Positions 52,434 to 63,839 of a DNA stretch of 64,000 nt are shown here, piece after piece; within the stretch, counting starts at the first letter, position 1, and every line of letters begins with the position of its first letter. The translations under genes and the position numbers were made by a program. Source of the stretch: Candidatus Bathyarchaeota archaeon (GTDB taxonomy: Archaea > Thermoproteota > Bathyarchaeia > Bathyarchaeales > Bathycorpusculaceae). The stretch covers positions 224,001 to 288,000 of the forward strand of contig CAVZIW010000001.1 in NCBI GenBank assembly GCA_963775465.1, given 5' to 3'. Under the pieces are notes generated by a model, which worked only from the letters and a program-made list of their open reading frames with translations, ran no database searches and was not told the DNA's origin.

Positions 52434-54977
52434 TTAGTTTCTGCTTTTTATGGTCGTTTTCTGAGCACTGAGAATTGTTACGGCAAAGCCTACAGCGATT
52501 GCGATGATTATGCCTGTAACTGCTGGAACGAATAACATGTCAGATGCTGATTGCGAGGGTTGTTCGGTTGGTGCTGGTGTTGTTGCGGCTACTTCGTTTA
52601 CAACAAAAGCTGTTTGGGCGTATGATGCATAATAAGAGTCTGAGCCAGCAAAAGTTGCGATAACGGTGTATTTACCTGGAATGTCAGGCATCCAATCAAA
52701 GTTGAAGGCTCCACTTGCGCCACTGACAGTAGTGCCAATATTACGGTAGTTTCCGTTTGCATCCATAACATCGATTGTAACTGGAACACCAACTGTGTCC
52801 ATAGGCATCGGGAATTGTTTGTAGACATAAAGCATCCATTCACTCATGCTCTCGTCAGCTACAGCAGGAACGCCATTGGGGAAACGCATAGCCAGGAGAA
52901 TATCGCTAGTGCTTGGAGATACGTCAGTGACAGTACCATGTATCATTACAGATGAACCAAAAGGAACGCCCATATCCGGTGCAGCGACAGTAAGAGCGCT
53001 TGGACCTTTGCCTACAGCGTAAATGCGCTGGTCATAAGTATCCATAGTCACCATCACGCTATCACCGATAATGCCACGTCCACCCCAACGAGTTTGACGG
53101 AACAAACCATCAGCAGTCCAGATTTCTTCTCCAGTGGTTGCGTTTAGACAGATAAATGGTGCACCACGAGGTCTAGGATTTATAGGCGAGTGTTCAGTAT
53201 GGCCAAGGTAGATTTTGCCGTCAGTGATGAACAATGGCTTTAGCCACCAAGTATCTTGGAACAAATATTCAGTGTATTTCTGTTTAGCGTCGTAAGTCCA
53301 CAAAGTTTCTCCTGTTTTGACATCAAAGCAGTATGCTATTCCGCCGACACTTGCAGCATATAATTTACCGTAAGCTATGCATCTAACATCTGAAGCTGAG
53401 TCGTCAATTGAGTCCAAGTAATGCGTCGGTTCAGTGGGTCCCCAAATGTACTTGCCTGTCGTAAGATCGAAGCCAAAGTGCTCTCTAGTTTCTTTCACCA
53501 GCATTACTGCAACATAGTCTTCTTGACTCCAAGCCATCCAGCCAGCACTAAAGCCACTAACAGTCACTTGATCTGCCTCCCACGATGCGGGCGGAGTCCA
53601 AGTTTCGTTGTAGAGTAGTTGACCTTCTGATCCAGGTTCTAAGCTAACAGCCCACAATCTAATCGCTGTTCTAGATAATTCTGCACCGATAGCTCGATCA
53701 CCAATCCAAACTCTTTGAATAGCTCTACTGCCTCCAGGCAAGGTGCCTTCTGGCAATGTTACGTTGGTGTATGCTTTCATTTGAGCAGTACTAGTACCAT
53801 CCCAGTCTCCAGCGTCTAAAGTCCTATAATGTGTATTAGCAGCCCAGCTACCGCCTGCACGGTATCCGCTACCAGACCAAGTTCCGAAAGCAGTCATGTT
53901 CCAGATGCGCAATAGATTTTCTGAAGAGGAATAAGAATAGCGATAGATCCAACCGTTTTCACCTACAACTGTAGAACCCGAAGGAACATTCTCTACAGTG
54001 ATCAATAGCTTCGCAGTTAGGGGATCAAATGCATACCAAGTAGAACCAGAGGTTACCCACAAGTATGAATAGACGCCATGGTGGTTATAACCATTCCAGC
54101 GAAGTATTTGAGCCATTGAAATCGTTCGATTATCTAAGAAAGTAGTAGTCCACAGATGTTCTCCAGTGTGAACGTCATATGCTTCGTACTCCAGTGGGCG
54201 TTCACTAGTTCGGTGATTATAGACGACAACGCCTGATACGATGAAACGACTATTCCATTTGCCTTCATATGCATCTCCTGCACTAAACGCGTCTTGCTCT
54301 GCTTCTTCACCAGCAATGCCTCCCAAAGCTAAGGGCTTTGTCCATAGAATGTGAGCACTATCAGGAGCTTCAGCGTTGTATGGGACAAATTTATTTTCCG
54401 GTGTAGATACTAGCCAGCTTCCGCCGATTGTGCTCCATTCCCTAAGTTGTGCATCAATGGGACGGCTCCAGTATTCAGTTGGAAGGGGAACTCCTGGATA
54501 AAGGGGTATTGGCTCTTGTTGCACAACAAGATGAACTGGTTCGCTATGACCAGCTCGCACTATTGTGCCTATTGCCATGCCTTGTCCGCGTTTGCTAGTT
54601 GATGTTACTTGCTCTGGAAAATAACTCTGCAAAGTATAATTGCCATCGACATCGGGAATAAATATGCCCCCTGTTCCGCCAGTAGAGTCAGTTTTGTAGG
54701 GTCCAAGCGTGATGTTATGCCCATCAGGGTAAGTAACGATCACTGTTAGACCTTCCCAGCCCATTTCAACAGATTGCAGTGCATGTGGACTTCCGATATG
54801 AAGCAATAGTTCTTGGTTGACACCTATAGGGTTAGAGATAACGCCAAGATAAACATAGCTTGGAACACTTGGAGTGTCATCTTGTGCTGCAGCGTTTGGC
54901 AAAGCAAAAATTGGTACGGTCATTGCTATTATCAGAATTGCAACAATCGAAACATTTAAAGTTCTATTTTTTAACAT
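52434..54977 (-). CDS. PQQ-like beta-propeller repeat surface protein, paralog 3 (probable true stop at 52448)
   Basis: PTEYWSRPI and DVMDANGNYRNIGT; removing one base near 52470 restores ...ILVLRKRP* as in the paralogs. Confidence 0.85.
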   Translation of the reverse strand: MLKNRTLNVSIVAILIIAMTVPIFALPNAAAQDDTPSVPSYVYLGVISNPIGVNQELLLHIGSPHALQSVEMGWEGLTVIVTYPDGHNITLGPYKTDSTGGTGGIFIPDVDGNYTLQSYFPEQVTSTSKRGQGMAIGTIVRAGHSEPVHLVVQQEPIPLYPGVPLPTEYWSRPIDAQLREWSTIGGSWLVSTPENKFVPYNAEAPDSAHILWTKPLALGGIAGEEAEQDAFSAGDAYEGKWNSRFIVSGVVVYNHRTSERPLEYEAYDVHTGEHLWTTTFLDNRTISMAQILRWNGYNHHGVYSYLWVTSGSTWYAFDPLTAKLLITVENVPSGSTVVGENGWIYRYSYSSSENLLRIWNMTAFGTWSGSGYRAGGSWAANTHYRTLDAGDWDGTSTAQMKAYTNVTLPEGTLPGGSRAIQRVWIGDRAIGAELSRTAIRLWAVSLEPGSEGQLLYNETWTPPASWEADQVTVSGFSAGWMAWSQEDYVAVMLVKETREHFGFDLTTGKYIWGPTEPTHYLDSIDDSASDVRCIAYGKLYAASVGGIAYCFDVKTGETLWTYDAKQKYTEYLFQDTWWLKPLFITDGKIYLGHTEHSPINPRPRGAPFICLNATTGEEIWTADGLFRQTRWGGRGIIGDSVMVTMDTYDQRIYAVGKGPSALTVAAPDMGVPFGSSVMIHGTVTDVSPSTSDILLAMRFPNGVPAVADESMSEWMLYVYKQFPMPMDTVGVPVTIDVMDANGNYRNIGTTVSGASGAFNFDWMPDIPGKYTVIATFAGSDSYYASYAQTAFVVNEVAATTPAPTEQPSQSASDMLFVPAVTGIIIAIAVGFAVTILSAQKTTIKSRN

Positions 54978-55702
54978 TTACATTCATATTCTCCGATTTA
55001 TACTACACTTACGTTAAGCGTAAGCAGAAATAGTTATAGTAATAGCTATTTAACATTTGTCATAATAAACCGACTTTAAAAATTACATATGATTAAAATC
55101 ATCATACAGCATGCAGATTCACATTATTTGTCAAACAAATGATTTAATAAATAACTCCACAAAAAGCAACGTAAAAGCTACATAATACCATTATCAAGAG
55201 AATCAAATAACAAGTTTGCTCAAGCTAAGGAGCATAATATCCTTAAGGAGAAATCATAACAAACATAAATTTTTCTATTTAGACCACAAAGTTTGTCGAA
55301 TTGAAAAATATTCTCGTAGAAAAAAGGAATTTTGCTTAGGATGTAGACTTCACCACCTAAAAGCGTCCGTTTAGGAAAAAAAGCTCCTCCATTGTAGGTC
55401 TTGCTGGCGTCTACCGAGGAATAAGAATCGTGAATATTGATAAAATTTTGAGTCTTCTAAAAAAGAAAGCCTGTAAATTAGAATCAGCTGAATACAAACT
55501 AAAAGAAGAAGAAACCCTCTACATACCACATCGTCTATTGAACTTAAAAAGAACTCCTTCTGAACTATCACCTAAACTAAGAGAAGAAGAAAAAAATCGA
55601 TTCTGCCAGAAAATAGCGGTTTTTTCTTCTTTCACAAATCGCTTAGAAAAAAGCTATTTTAACGCTATAAGAGAGATAATCCCACCCATCATTTTTTATT
55701 CG

Positions 55703-55756
55703 TTAGTTTAGTAGTAGTTGTCCGGCAAATTCAGCAGACAACTACTACTAAACTAA
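55703..55756. repeat. Perfect 20-bp inverted repeat with 14-nt spacer
   Basis: TTAGTTTAGTAGTAGTTGTC (55703-55722) and GACAACTACTACTAAACTAA (55737-55756). Confidence 0.85.
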
Positions 55757-55882
55757 ACACACAACAGCCGCCCCAAAATCATCCAGCCTGTTTAGTAGTC
55801 GAGTGCCAAGAAAAGAGAGTTATCATTTGGCTCTTACAATTTTGTCTTTGATTCATGGAGAGATATAAAATAGGAAGATATG

Positions 55883-56611
55883 TCACGACCTTATTATTAG
55901 TAAGAAAATGCCTAAAAGAAGAATGAGGAAAGATACTATTTGTTTGAATGATTTTTCAGGCATTCTCTTTAAGACTATGTTGCCTGCTAATGTTCCAGCA
56001 ATCACTGTTAAAGTGGACAGAATTAGTATGCTAAGAAATTGGACAATCAGACTGGGCTGTGTCAGAAAATAGATGGGCATTCTTACTGCATCAACAATTA
56101 AGCCAGTAGCAGTTGCAGTTGCTATGAAGGTTTCTTTTTCGATATCAAAGTTAAGCAGTGCTACAGAACGTATGCCTCCTTGCTCTCCAGATAGTCCGCC
56201 GAAGAATCCAGAAGCTAGACCTGCAATGGAGGCGCTTTTTTTTCCTAAACGGACTCGCTCAGATACCTGTAGCACCCCGAGAACTCCAGCTAGAATAAGC
56301 ATTACTGCAAAAATAATTTGGAGGAGACCACTTACAAAGAAAACGTGAAGAAGTGCTCCAGCTAATCCTCCTGCAGCACTTAGTAAACCGAAACGGAGGA
56401 GTATTTGACGGTTAATTTTGGCTTTTAGTAACCAAAAACGGGCGCCTGTTCCAAAGAAATGAGGCAAAGCAACAAGGGCAATTGCAACCTTAGTTCCGGT
56501 GCGAACGCTAATTATGGGAATAAGAAAGCTACCTACACCAAATCCCGCGACGGAAGCTGTCATGCCTGCAAGGAAGCCAACAACCACAACTAAAAACTCG
56601 AACTCAAACAA
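55883..56611 (-). CDS. TSUP (TauE/SafE sulfite exporter) family membrane protein
   Basis: GFLAGMTASVAGFGVG and GLASGFFGGLSGEQGG repeats, about 8 TM. Confidence 0.85.
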   Translation of the reverse strand: MFEFEFLVVVVGFLAGMTASVAGFGVGSFLIPIISVRTGTKVAIALVALPHFFGTGARFWLLKAKINRQILLRFGLLSAAGGLAGALLHVFFVSGLLQIIFAVMLILAGVLGVLQVSERVRLGKKSASIAGLASGFFGGLSGEQGGIRSVALLNFDIEKETFIATATATGLIVDAVRMPIYFLTQPSLIVQFLSILILSTLTVIAGTLAGNIVLKRMPEKSFKQIVSFLILLLGIFLLIIRS

Positions 56612-57009
56612 TTAGACGCCTAATTTAACATGAAGACCGGCAAGTTAAAAGTTTTTTCAGGATACGCTCAAAAATGAGCGATGGGTATTGGGGTAATGGC
56701 ATGCATTGAAAAAGATAAGTCAAGGAGACAGAGCGTAAATTTGCTTTAGCGTTCTTAATTAGGGGAAAGTGGAAATGAAAACCCCTAAACCATCTTCTTT
56801 TAGATGTTGTTCAAATTTTATAGAATATTCTCGGATATGTTCTGACAGATTTGTAGATTGTTTGAGAGTTGGAGAGAAAGCGAAAAAATGATCTATAGAG
56901 GGTTTTTCTGTAAAGAATTTTTCAAGTTTTGATAAATCAATTTAGGATAACCATAAATAGTAATTCTGTTGCAGAGTAATTTAATTCTATAAATTGGATT
57001 TGTTAGTTC

Positions 57010-58026
57010 ATGGTAAACAAAAAAACCATAACCATTGCTACTGCCATTCTATTGGTCACAGTAATTTTAGTAAGCTTTTTTGTTTACCTCAATTCCCAAA
57101 AACCCTACTCTGGACAAATGGAATCAATTAACGTGGCGTATTCACCTTTTGAATCACTAACACTCTTTTGGGTTGCTGAAAACCAGAGTTTCTTCAGCCA
57201 AAACGGCCTTAACGTCATCTCACACAAATATGACACCGGTGCGGGAGCATTAGACGGAGTATTGAACGGTGAAAATGACATTGTGGTGGGGACAACAGAG
57301 TTTCCATTGACCTCAAATATTTTAAATGGAGCACAAATTTGCACAATTAGCAGTATAGCTAAATCTGAATTCATTTACCTTGTCGCACGGATAGACCGAG
57401 AAATTAACCAGGTTTCAGACTTGAAGGGCAAAACGATTGGGACAACTTTTGGAACCATAGCGCAATTCTATTTGGGCAGGTTTCTTGAGCTTAATGGCAT
57501 GAGTTTTAAAGATGTGAATCTTGTTGACCTCAAAACGCCAGAAGAATGGGTTAATGCAGTAGTAAATGGTTCCGTGGATGCAGTTGCAACCGCCCAACCA
57601 TCAGCGGAATCGGCAAAAGATGGTTTAGGCGACAATGCTGCAGTTTGGTCAATTCAAAGCAGCCAGCCTTTGTATGCTGAAGCGATTGCAACCGATACTT
57701 GGATAACAAACCATCCTGAAATAGTTGTTAGATTCCTCAAGTCTCTATCGCAGGCGGAAGACTTCACAATAAAACATCCATCCGAAGCAAAAGCAATTGT
57801 AAAAAACCAGTTGAACCTAACAGACGCTTACACAGACAAAGTGTGGACTCAGAATCAATTCTCTCTTTCACTTGACCAATCCCTGATTCTCGCTATGCAA
57901 GATGAATCCCGATGGCTAATTCAAAACAACCTAACTAACGCATCGGCTGTTCCGAATTTCCTGAAAAACATATGTGTCGATGGACTAAAAGCAGTAAAGC
58001 CTGAATCCGTAAATATCCTGAGCTGA
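57010..58026 (+). CDS. NrtA/SsuA/CpmA-family substrate-binding protein
   Basis: N-terminal anchor; WVAENQSFF..NGL, VSDLKGKTIG and GSVDAV motifs. Confidence 0.85.
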   Translation: MVNKKTITIATAILLVTVILVSFFVYLNSQKPYSGQMESINVAYSPFESLTLFWVAENQSFFSQNGLNVISHKYDTGAGALDGVLNGENDIVVGTTEFPLTSNILNGAQICTISSIAKSEFIYLVARIDREINQVSDLKGKTIGTTFGTIAQFYLGRFLELNGMSFKDVNLVDLKTPEEWVNAVVNGSVDAVATAQPSAESAKDGLGDNAAVWSIQSSQPLYAEAIATDTWITNHPEIVVRFLKSLSQAEDFTIKHPSEAKAIVKNQLNLTDAYTDKVWTQNQFSLSLDQSLILAMQDESRWLIQNNLTNASAVPNFLKNICVDGLKAVKPESVNILS

Positions 58027-58035
58027 GATAAAAAA

Positions 58036-59953
58036 ATGAGGTTAAAAAGTCAACTAATCATCAGCGTCATTATCTTTGGTACAGTAGTGTTAATTGTTTC
58101 TGGGTCGATTGTAATCACAGACGGGCAACTATCTGAGATCCAGAATCAACAACAGGTAGCGAATAAAATTAGTGCCGGGGCGAGCGGCCTTGCATACATT
58201 TCTAACGATTATTTCCTCTATCAACAAAGCGACCAAGTTACACTGTGGCACCTGCAATTTTCTGCCCTTTCGGATGGTCTTTCAAAACTGAATCCTAACG
58301 GTCCCGAACAAGAGGTATTGGTAAGCAATGTTGATTCCGATTTACAACGTTTAAATACAGTCTTCGATAGTGCCGTGTCGCTTATTCAGAATATACCCGA
58401 AAATGAAACCGAACAGGTTCATCCAGAACTTAAAACTGCATCTAGTAGATTGGCAGTACAAAATCAAGCACTTGCCTTTGATTCTTCAGTTTTATCCAAC
58501 TCTTTTCGAGATCAAGCCGATCAACTGAAGCAGACAAACAGCCGCCTCATTTTTGGTTTGCTTGCTGCATTTGGAGCGTATTTCTTAACTTTTTATCTTG
58601 TTGTTTTTAGGCGTGCCTTGGGTTCGATTGCAAAACTTCAGGAAGGAACAAAAATAATTGGCTCGGGTAATCTTGATTATTCTATCGCAGCAAAGACTAG
58701 TGATGAAATTGGCGAATTATCCCAAGCCTTCAACCAGATGACAACTAACCTGAAAACTGTAACCGCTTCAAAGACAGAATTAGAACAGGAAATTATTGAG
58801 CGTAAGAGAGCAGAACGCGAAATAGAAAGCATCGCTAAATTTCCCTCTGAGGATCCTAACCCAGTATTCCGCATTGATAAAAAAGGCATAATTCTATTCA
58901 GTAACGAAAGCGGAACTTCTTTGCTAAATGTTTGGAATACCAAAGTGAATGAACGTGCACCTGAGAGCATACGTAAGGTTGTTGCCGAAGCTTTTGCAAA
59001 TAATAGAAAAAATGAAATTGAAGAAACGTACGGAGAAAAGATATTTTTGCTCCTGTTTGCGCCTATATATCTACAAAACTACGCAAATATTTATGCAATT
59101 GATATAACTGAACGCAAAAAAGCTGAATTGGATCTTAAACGAAGGACCAAAGAATTAGAGGATACCCAAAGAAAGCTTGAGGAAAATGCGGTACAACTTG
59201 AGGAATATTCTAGTCAAATGGAAGAGCTTGCAGAACAGAGAGCAAGTCAGCTCAAAGATGCAGAACGCTTGGCAACAATAGGTGCTACGGCTGGTATGGT
59301 GGGGCATGACATTCGCAATCCACTACAAGCGATAACGGGTGATATTTTCTTAGCTCAAACAGAATTGACTACCCTTCCAGAGAGTGAGCAGAAAACAAAT
59401 TTGGTTGAGAACTTGCAGGAGATTGAGAAGAACGTTGATTACATTAACAAAATAGTCCAAGACCTACAAGATTATGCTAGACCCCTAAACCCGCACCCTG
59501 AAGAAACAGACTTAACATCGATATTTGAAAAGTTTTTAGCCAAGAATGGTTTACCAGAAAACATCAAAGTGGATGTCAAAGCAGATGAAGAGGTCAAAAA
59601 AATTAGGGCAGACTCTTACTTCATAACCCGGATCTTGTACAATTTGATTACTAATTCTGTTCAAGCCATGCCGAATGGTGGAAAACTATCAGTAAACGCA
59701 TACAAAGAAGCAAATGACATTATTATAACGGTCGATGATACGGGTGTGGGAATTCCAAAGGACATACAGGATAAAATGTTCACTCCAATGTTCACAACTA
59801 AATCTAAAGGGCAAGGTTTTTGGATTACCAGTTGTTAAGCGTATGACTGAAGCTTTAGGCGGCGAAGTTACTTTTAAAAGCCAAGCCGGCAAGGGGACAA
59901 AGTTTACAGTGCGTTTCCCCCAAGAGCTAAACGGTAAATTGACCTGTAAATAA
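58036..59953 (+). CDS. Membrane sensor histidine kinase (TM-HAMP-PAS-HisKA-HATPase); +1 frameshift in T-run 59817-59821
   Basis: DEIGELSQAFNQM, GHDIRNPL, NLITNS and DTGVGI motifs; the G2 box GQGFGL and PVVKRMTEALGG continue in the shifted frame. Confidence 0.88.
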
Positions 59954-60135
59954 GGTTTAGTTTTCTAATTCCTGCTTTGCTAAAAAAATGACTTCAAATA
60001 GCTGACATAGCGTTTGTCGATTGGCTCGTATCGCAATTCCTCATCGCTGATCTATTATGAAAAACAACGCGCCCTATTTTTTTCCAATTTACTTGAAACC
60101 AAAAAAAAGAAAGATATTTTGTTTTATTGTTTGTT

Positions 60136-62723
60136 TTATGGTCGTTTTCTGAGCACTAAGATTATTATCGCTCCGACAATGGCTATTGCGACGATTATGC
60201 CTGTTACTGCAGGTACAAAGTAAGCCTCCGTGATCGATGTTATTGGCGCTTCTGTTGGAGCTGTTGTTGGCTTTGCTGGATCTACAGTGAAAGCTGTTTC
60301 AGCGTATGATGGCCAGTAACCTTGTGTTCCTTTGAATGTAGCGATAACATTGTAGTCTCCTTCAATGTCTGGTAACCAAGACATACTAAAAGTGCCGCTT
60401 GCGTCAGTTGTTGCTGTTCCGATATTGCGGAAGTTTCCGTTAGAGTCGATTACGTCGATTGACACTGGTACACCCGTAAAGTCTGCTGGCATAGCTTTTT
60501 GCATGTATACATATTCCATCCAATCTTTCATGCTTGCATCTGAGGCACATGCAACTCCGTTAGGCAGTTTCAAAGATTGAGTACTCTGTGTTGTACCAGT
60601 TGATATGTCAGTGACTGTTCCTCTGATGACTACACGTTGACCAGTGGCTGCTGCTAAGTCGGGAGCGGAAACTGTTGTTCTACTAGTCCTTTGCCTAGTG
60701 AGTAGATTTGATTGTCGTAGCCGTTGAAGTATATGCAAACTCCGTCTGCTACTGCGTACGCCATTTCGTTGAACTCTGCGGTGTTGGCTGATAGGGTCCA
60801 AATTTCTGCTCCGTCCGTTGCATTTATAGCTCTTACCAGTGAGCCTTTGTAGATTGGGGTCTGTATCGTGTGTTCTGTCGTAACGGTGTAGAGTATTCCG
60901 TTGGCAATTGCGTTTATTGAGGTTGGATAGTGCCCTGGAACTGCAAATCCGCTGTTCGTATTATTGCCTTCTCCGCCATTTCCATATGTCCACAGTGGTT
61001 CTCCAGTCATTTCATCGTAGCAGTAGATAACTCCAGAGTATCCGCTGGCATAGACTTTCCCATATGCAAGGTGTGCATATACTTGTTCGTGTCCTGGGTT
61101 ACCATAGTAGTCAAGATCTAGTTGGTCGCCTATTGGACCCCACATTCTGTCGCCTGTTCTCATGTTTATGGCTGCCCATTGGTTGGTTTCCTTGAGTTTC
61201 TCTATGAAAACTCCTTGAACTGGATCGTTTCCGCCCATAATTACTGTTATGTTTTCGATTATGGGGTTAAAGTTTTTCATCCAGAGTATTGAACCAACGG
61301 TGCCTTTTGACTCGTTAAGGTTGACTGCAAAGTACGTATAGGGGGCGGTGCTGATTACGCTTGTTCTAAAGCCGCTTGATGGTAGTGTACCATTGTAACA
61401 TAGCATAATGTCTCCGTAGTACGCTGCGAACACGACAGGGTTGTTTGGCATCGTGTCTCTCCAAGATATTGGAATGCTCCATTCAGTGCCTTTTCCGTCG
61501 CTGCCATTAAAGACACCTGTCCAATAAGGTCTAATTACATTATTGGAGTAATCAACGATGTATCTTGATGAGTTCCATTGGGTAAGTACCCAGTTGGGGT
61601 TTGCGCCTGTGCCGTTGTTTGTCATGACGTATTGTATGTATTCACCGTTTGGGCCAGCTACTTTTCTTCCGGAGGGAACGTTGGTTATGTTCCATATCGA
61701 GTTTCCTGTGTCTGCATCGTAGCCATACCAGGTTGAGCCAGAGGTCGCCACTAGCATGGGTTCTGTAACACCGTGTTGCTGAGGATTATGCACAGCAATA
61801 ACCATCCCAAAAGATGGCTTGCGTACATCTGTTCTTGACCAATAGACTTCTCCAGTTTTGAGGTCAACACATTTTTCTGTGTCGAAAGCACCTGATCCGA
61901 AAGATAATGGTTCCATGTAGAATAGTTTGCCATCCATAATTATTGGGTTGACAAATCTGTTGAGGTAGGCTGAACCTTCGAAGAATGTGTCTCCTTGAAT
62001 TGCTAATGTGTCGCCTCCGACGACGCCTCCGGAAAGTTGAAGTTGCTTAGTCCACATGACGTGGTTCGTTTCAGAACCAACTCCATCTGGGACGTAGCAT
62101 CTCCAGTTAGCGAGTTGTGTTGACCCACTGCCGAACCAATTCGATGAAATTGTGAACCAGTTGGGGTTCTCACCATAGATTGGTCTGTTCCAGTATTCTG
62201 TAGGAATCGGATTATCCGGAAGGTACTGCACAGAGTCTTGCTGTACATTCAAAGTGCCTGTCGCGCTGCTGGGCAAGTATGTATCATTTACGAATGCTGA
62301 ATTCGGATTATGACTGTAGGTATTGTAGTCCTGTCCTGGAAACTCAAATTTCAGTTGGTATTCGCCTACTTGGTCAGGGGTAAAAGAGTAGCTTTGTGAA
62401 GATGTAGTGTCTACAACTGTTTCAAAAGTTTTTACCGTTTCAGTTCCATCTGGAGCGATAATTGTTAGTTTATAGTTGTGGAATCTCCAGTCATTCGTAA
62501 GCGCCGTGTCGGTGCCGAAGGTTTTGTCGATCCACATGTAGATGTATGTTGATTGACCAACACCTACTGGATCAATTACAGCTTGAACGTAGGCGAACGT
62601 TGGGATTTGCCAAGCGGTAGTGTGTGCATCTGAAGTTGGCATTAGTAGTGTTGATGCTGCAATCGAAATTGTCAATAGTGTCACAAGTATGCTGATTTTT
62701 ACTTTATTTGATTTGGAATGCAT
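60136..62723 (-). CDS. PQQ-like beta-propeller repeat surface protein, paralog 4; 1-nt deletion near 60687
   Basis: Track ORFs 60654-62723 and 60136-60801 join as YSLGKG(P)SRTTVSAPD, matching GKGPSA.TV.AP in the paralogs; ends RKRP. Confidence 0.85.
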
Positions 62724-63839
62724 TTTTTATTCTCCTAAATTTGGTGGAAGTGATTATAATTCAGTTTAGTTATAAGCTTTGGCACTTGTTACAAGTTGCA
62801 CTGACGACAACTCACTAAAAATGTGAAAAAAGACTCCGCACAATACCCAAATCTTAGCAGCAGGTTAAATACCAAACTTCATGCACCTAAACAAGTAAGT
62901 CTACGAGAAAACACCTGTTTGGGTAACGAATTGATAAAAAATAGTAGAAAAAAGAATCCCTAACTCAGTGTTTCTGGGATTTTAGCAATCAGGAACGATT
63001 CCTCGTAAGATATAAAATTGGAGTTGCTAACATGGGCACACACTCACACCCACACTAATCATCATAGAACCATGATGATTGAACAGAGCAATCCCTCTTC
63101 CCACACTTAAAATAAAAGAAGAAAACAACCTAAACAAATAAAGCGAACACCTACAATACCACAAGTGTGGTGTAAAATTTTACGCACCCACACCCACAAA
63201 AAAATAACGGCTTCAAAAAAAATAGAGCAACTGCTAATAACAACTGACTAAACCAACCCTGACTGCGATAGGATTCTCTTTTTGATAATGTAAGAAAATG
63301 GGAAAAATAGGTACTAATGGGCTTTATGGGCAGGGTTTTCTTTTCGAGGTCTCACTCTCAACGCTAAAAAGCACAAGTTTTTTCTTCTTAACTAAGTTAA
63401 GACTTTCGCTTTAACAGCACTGTTCTAGCTCATTCCAACATTTTCTTAAGCCTCAGAGATAGTTCTCTCATCAAATCATCTTTAGCTGCGATTTTCAAAA
63501 ATCAACGTAGAGCATTATAGATGTATATAGCTGCATGTTAAAAATGCTTAAAAGCTAAAAACATACGCGCTATAAAGTAACCAAAGGCTTGGGCAGCAGT
63601 ATGGTTCAATTAACTTGGTTTGCAGTACCTTGCAGCATTCTATTATTGATTAGCCTGATTTCGTTTAATTACTGGTTACTTCTAATAACTGGATCCGCAG
63701 ATGCTCTTCTAGCTATTGCATTATGCATAAAAATTGACAAAACTAATAACATGAAAACAGAAGCAACAGAGCAAATAAAAGAATAGAATAAATCACTAAT
63801 ACGAGTTTCTCCAATAGAACTAGACATAAATTTCTAAGA

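Noticed and set aside
55430-55711. 93-aa plus-strand ORF ending inside the inverted repeat
   Set aside because: Low-complexity A-rich sequence with no motif; coding status cannot be supported.
63589-63827. Short hydrophobic ORFs on both strands near the right end
   Set aside because: They overlap each other and have no SD or motif support.
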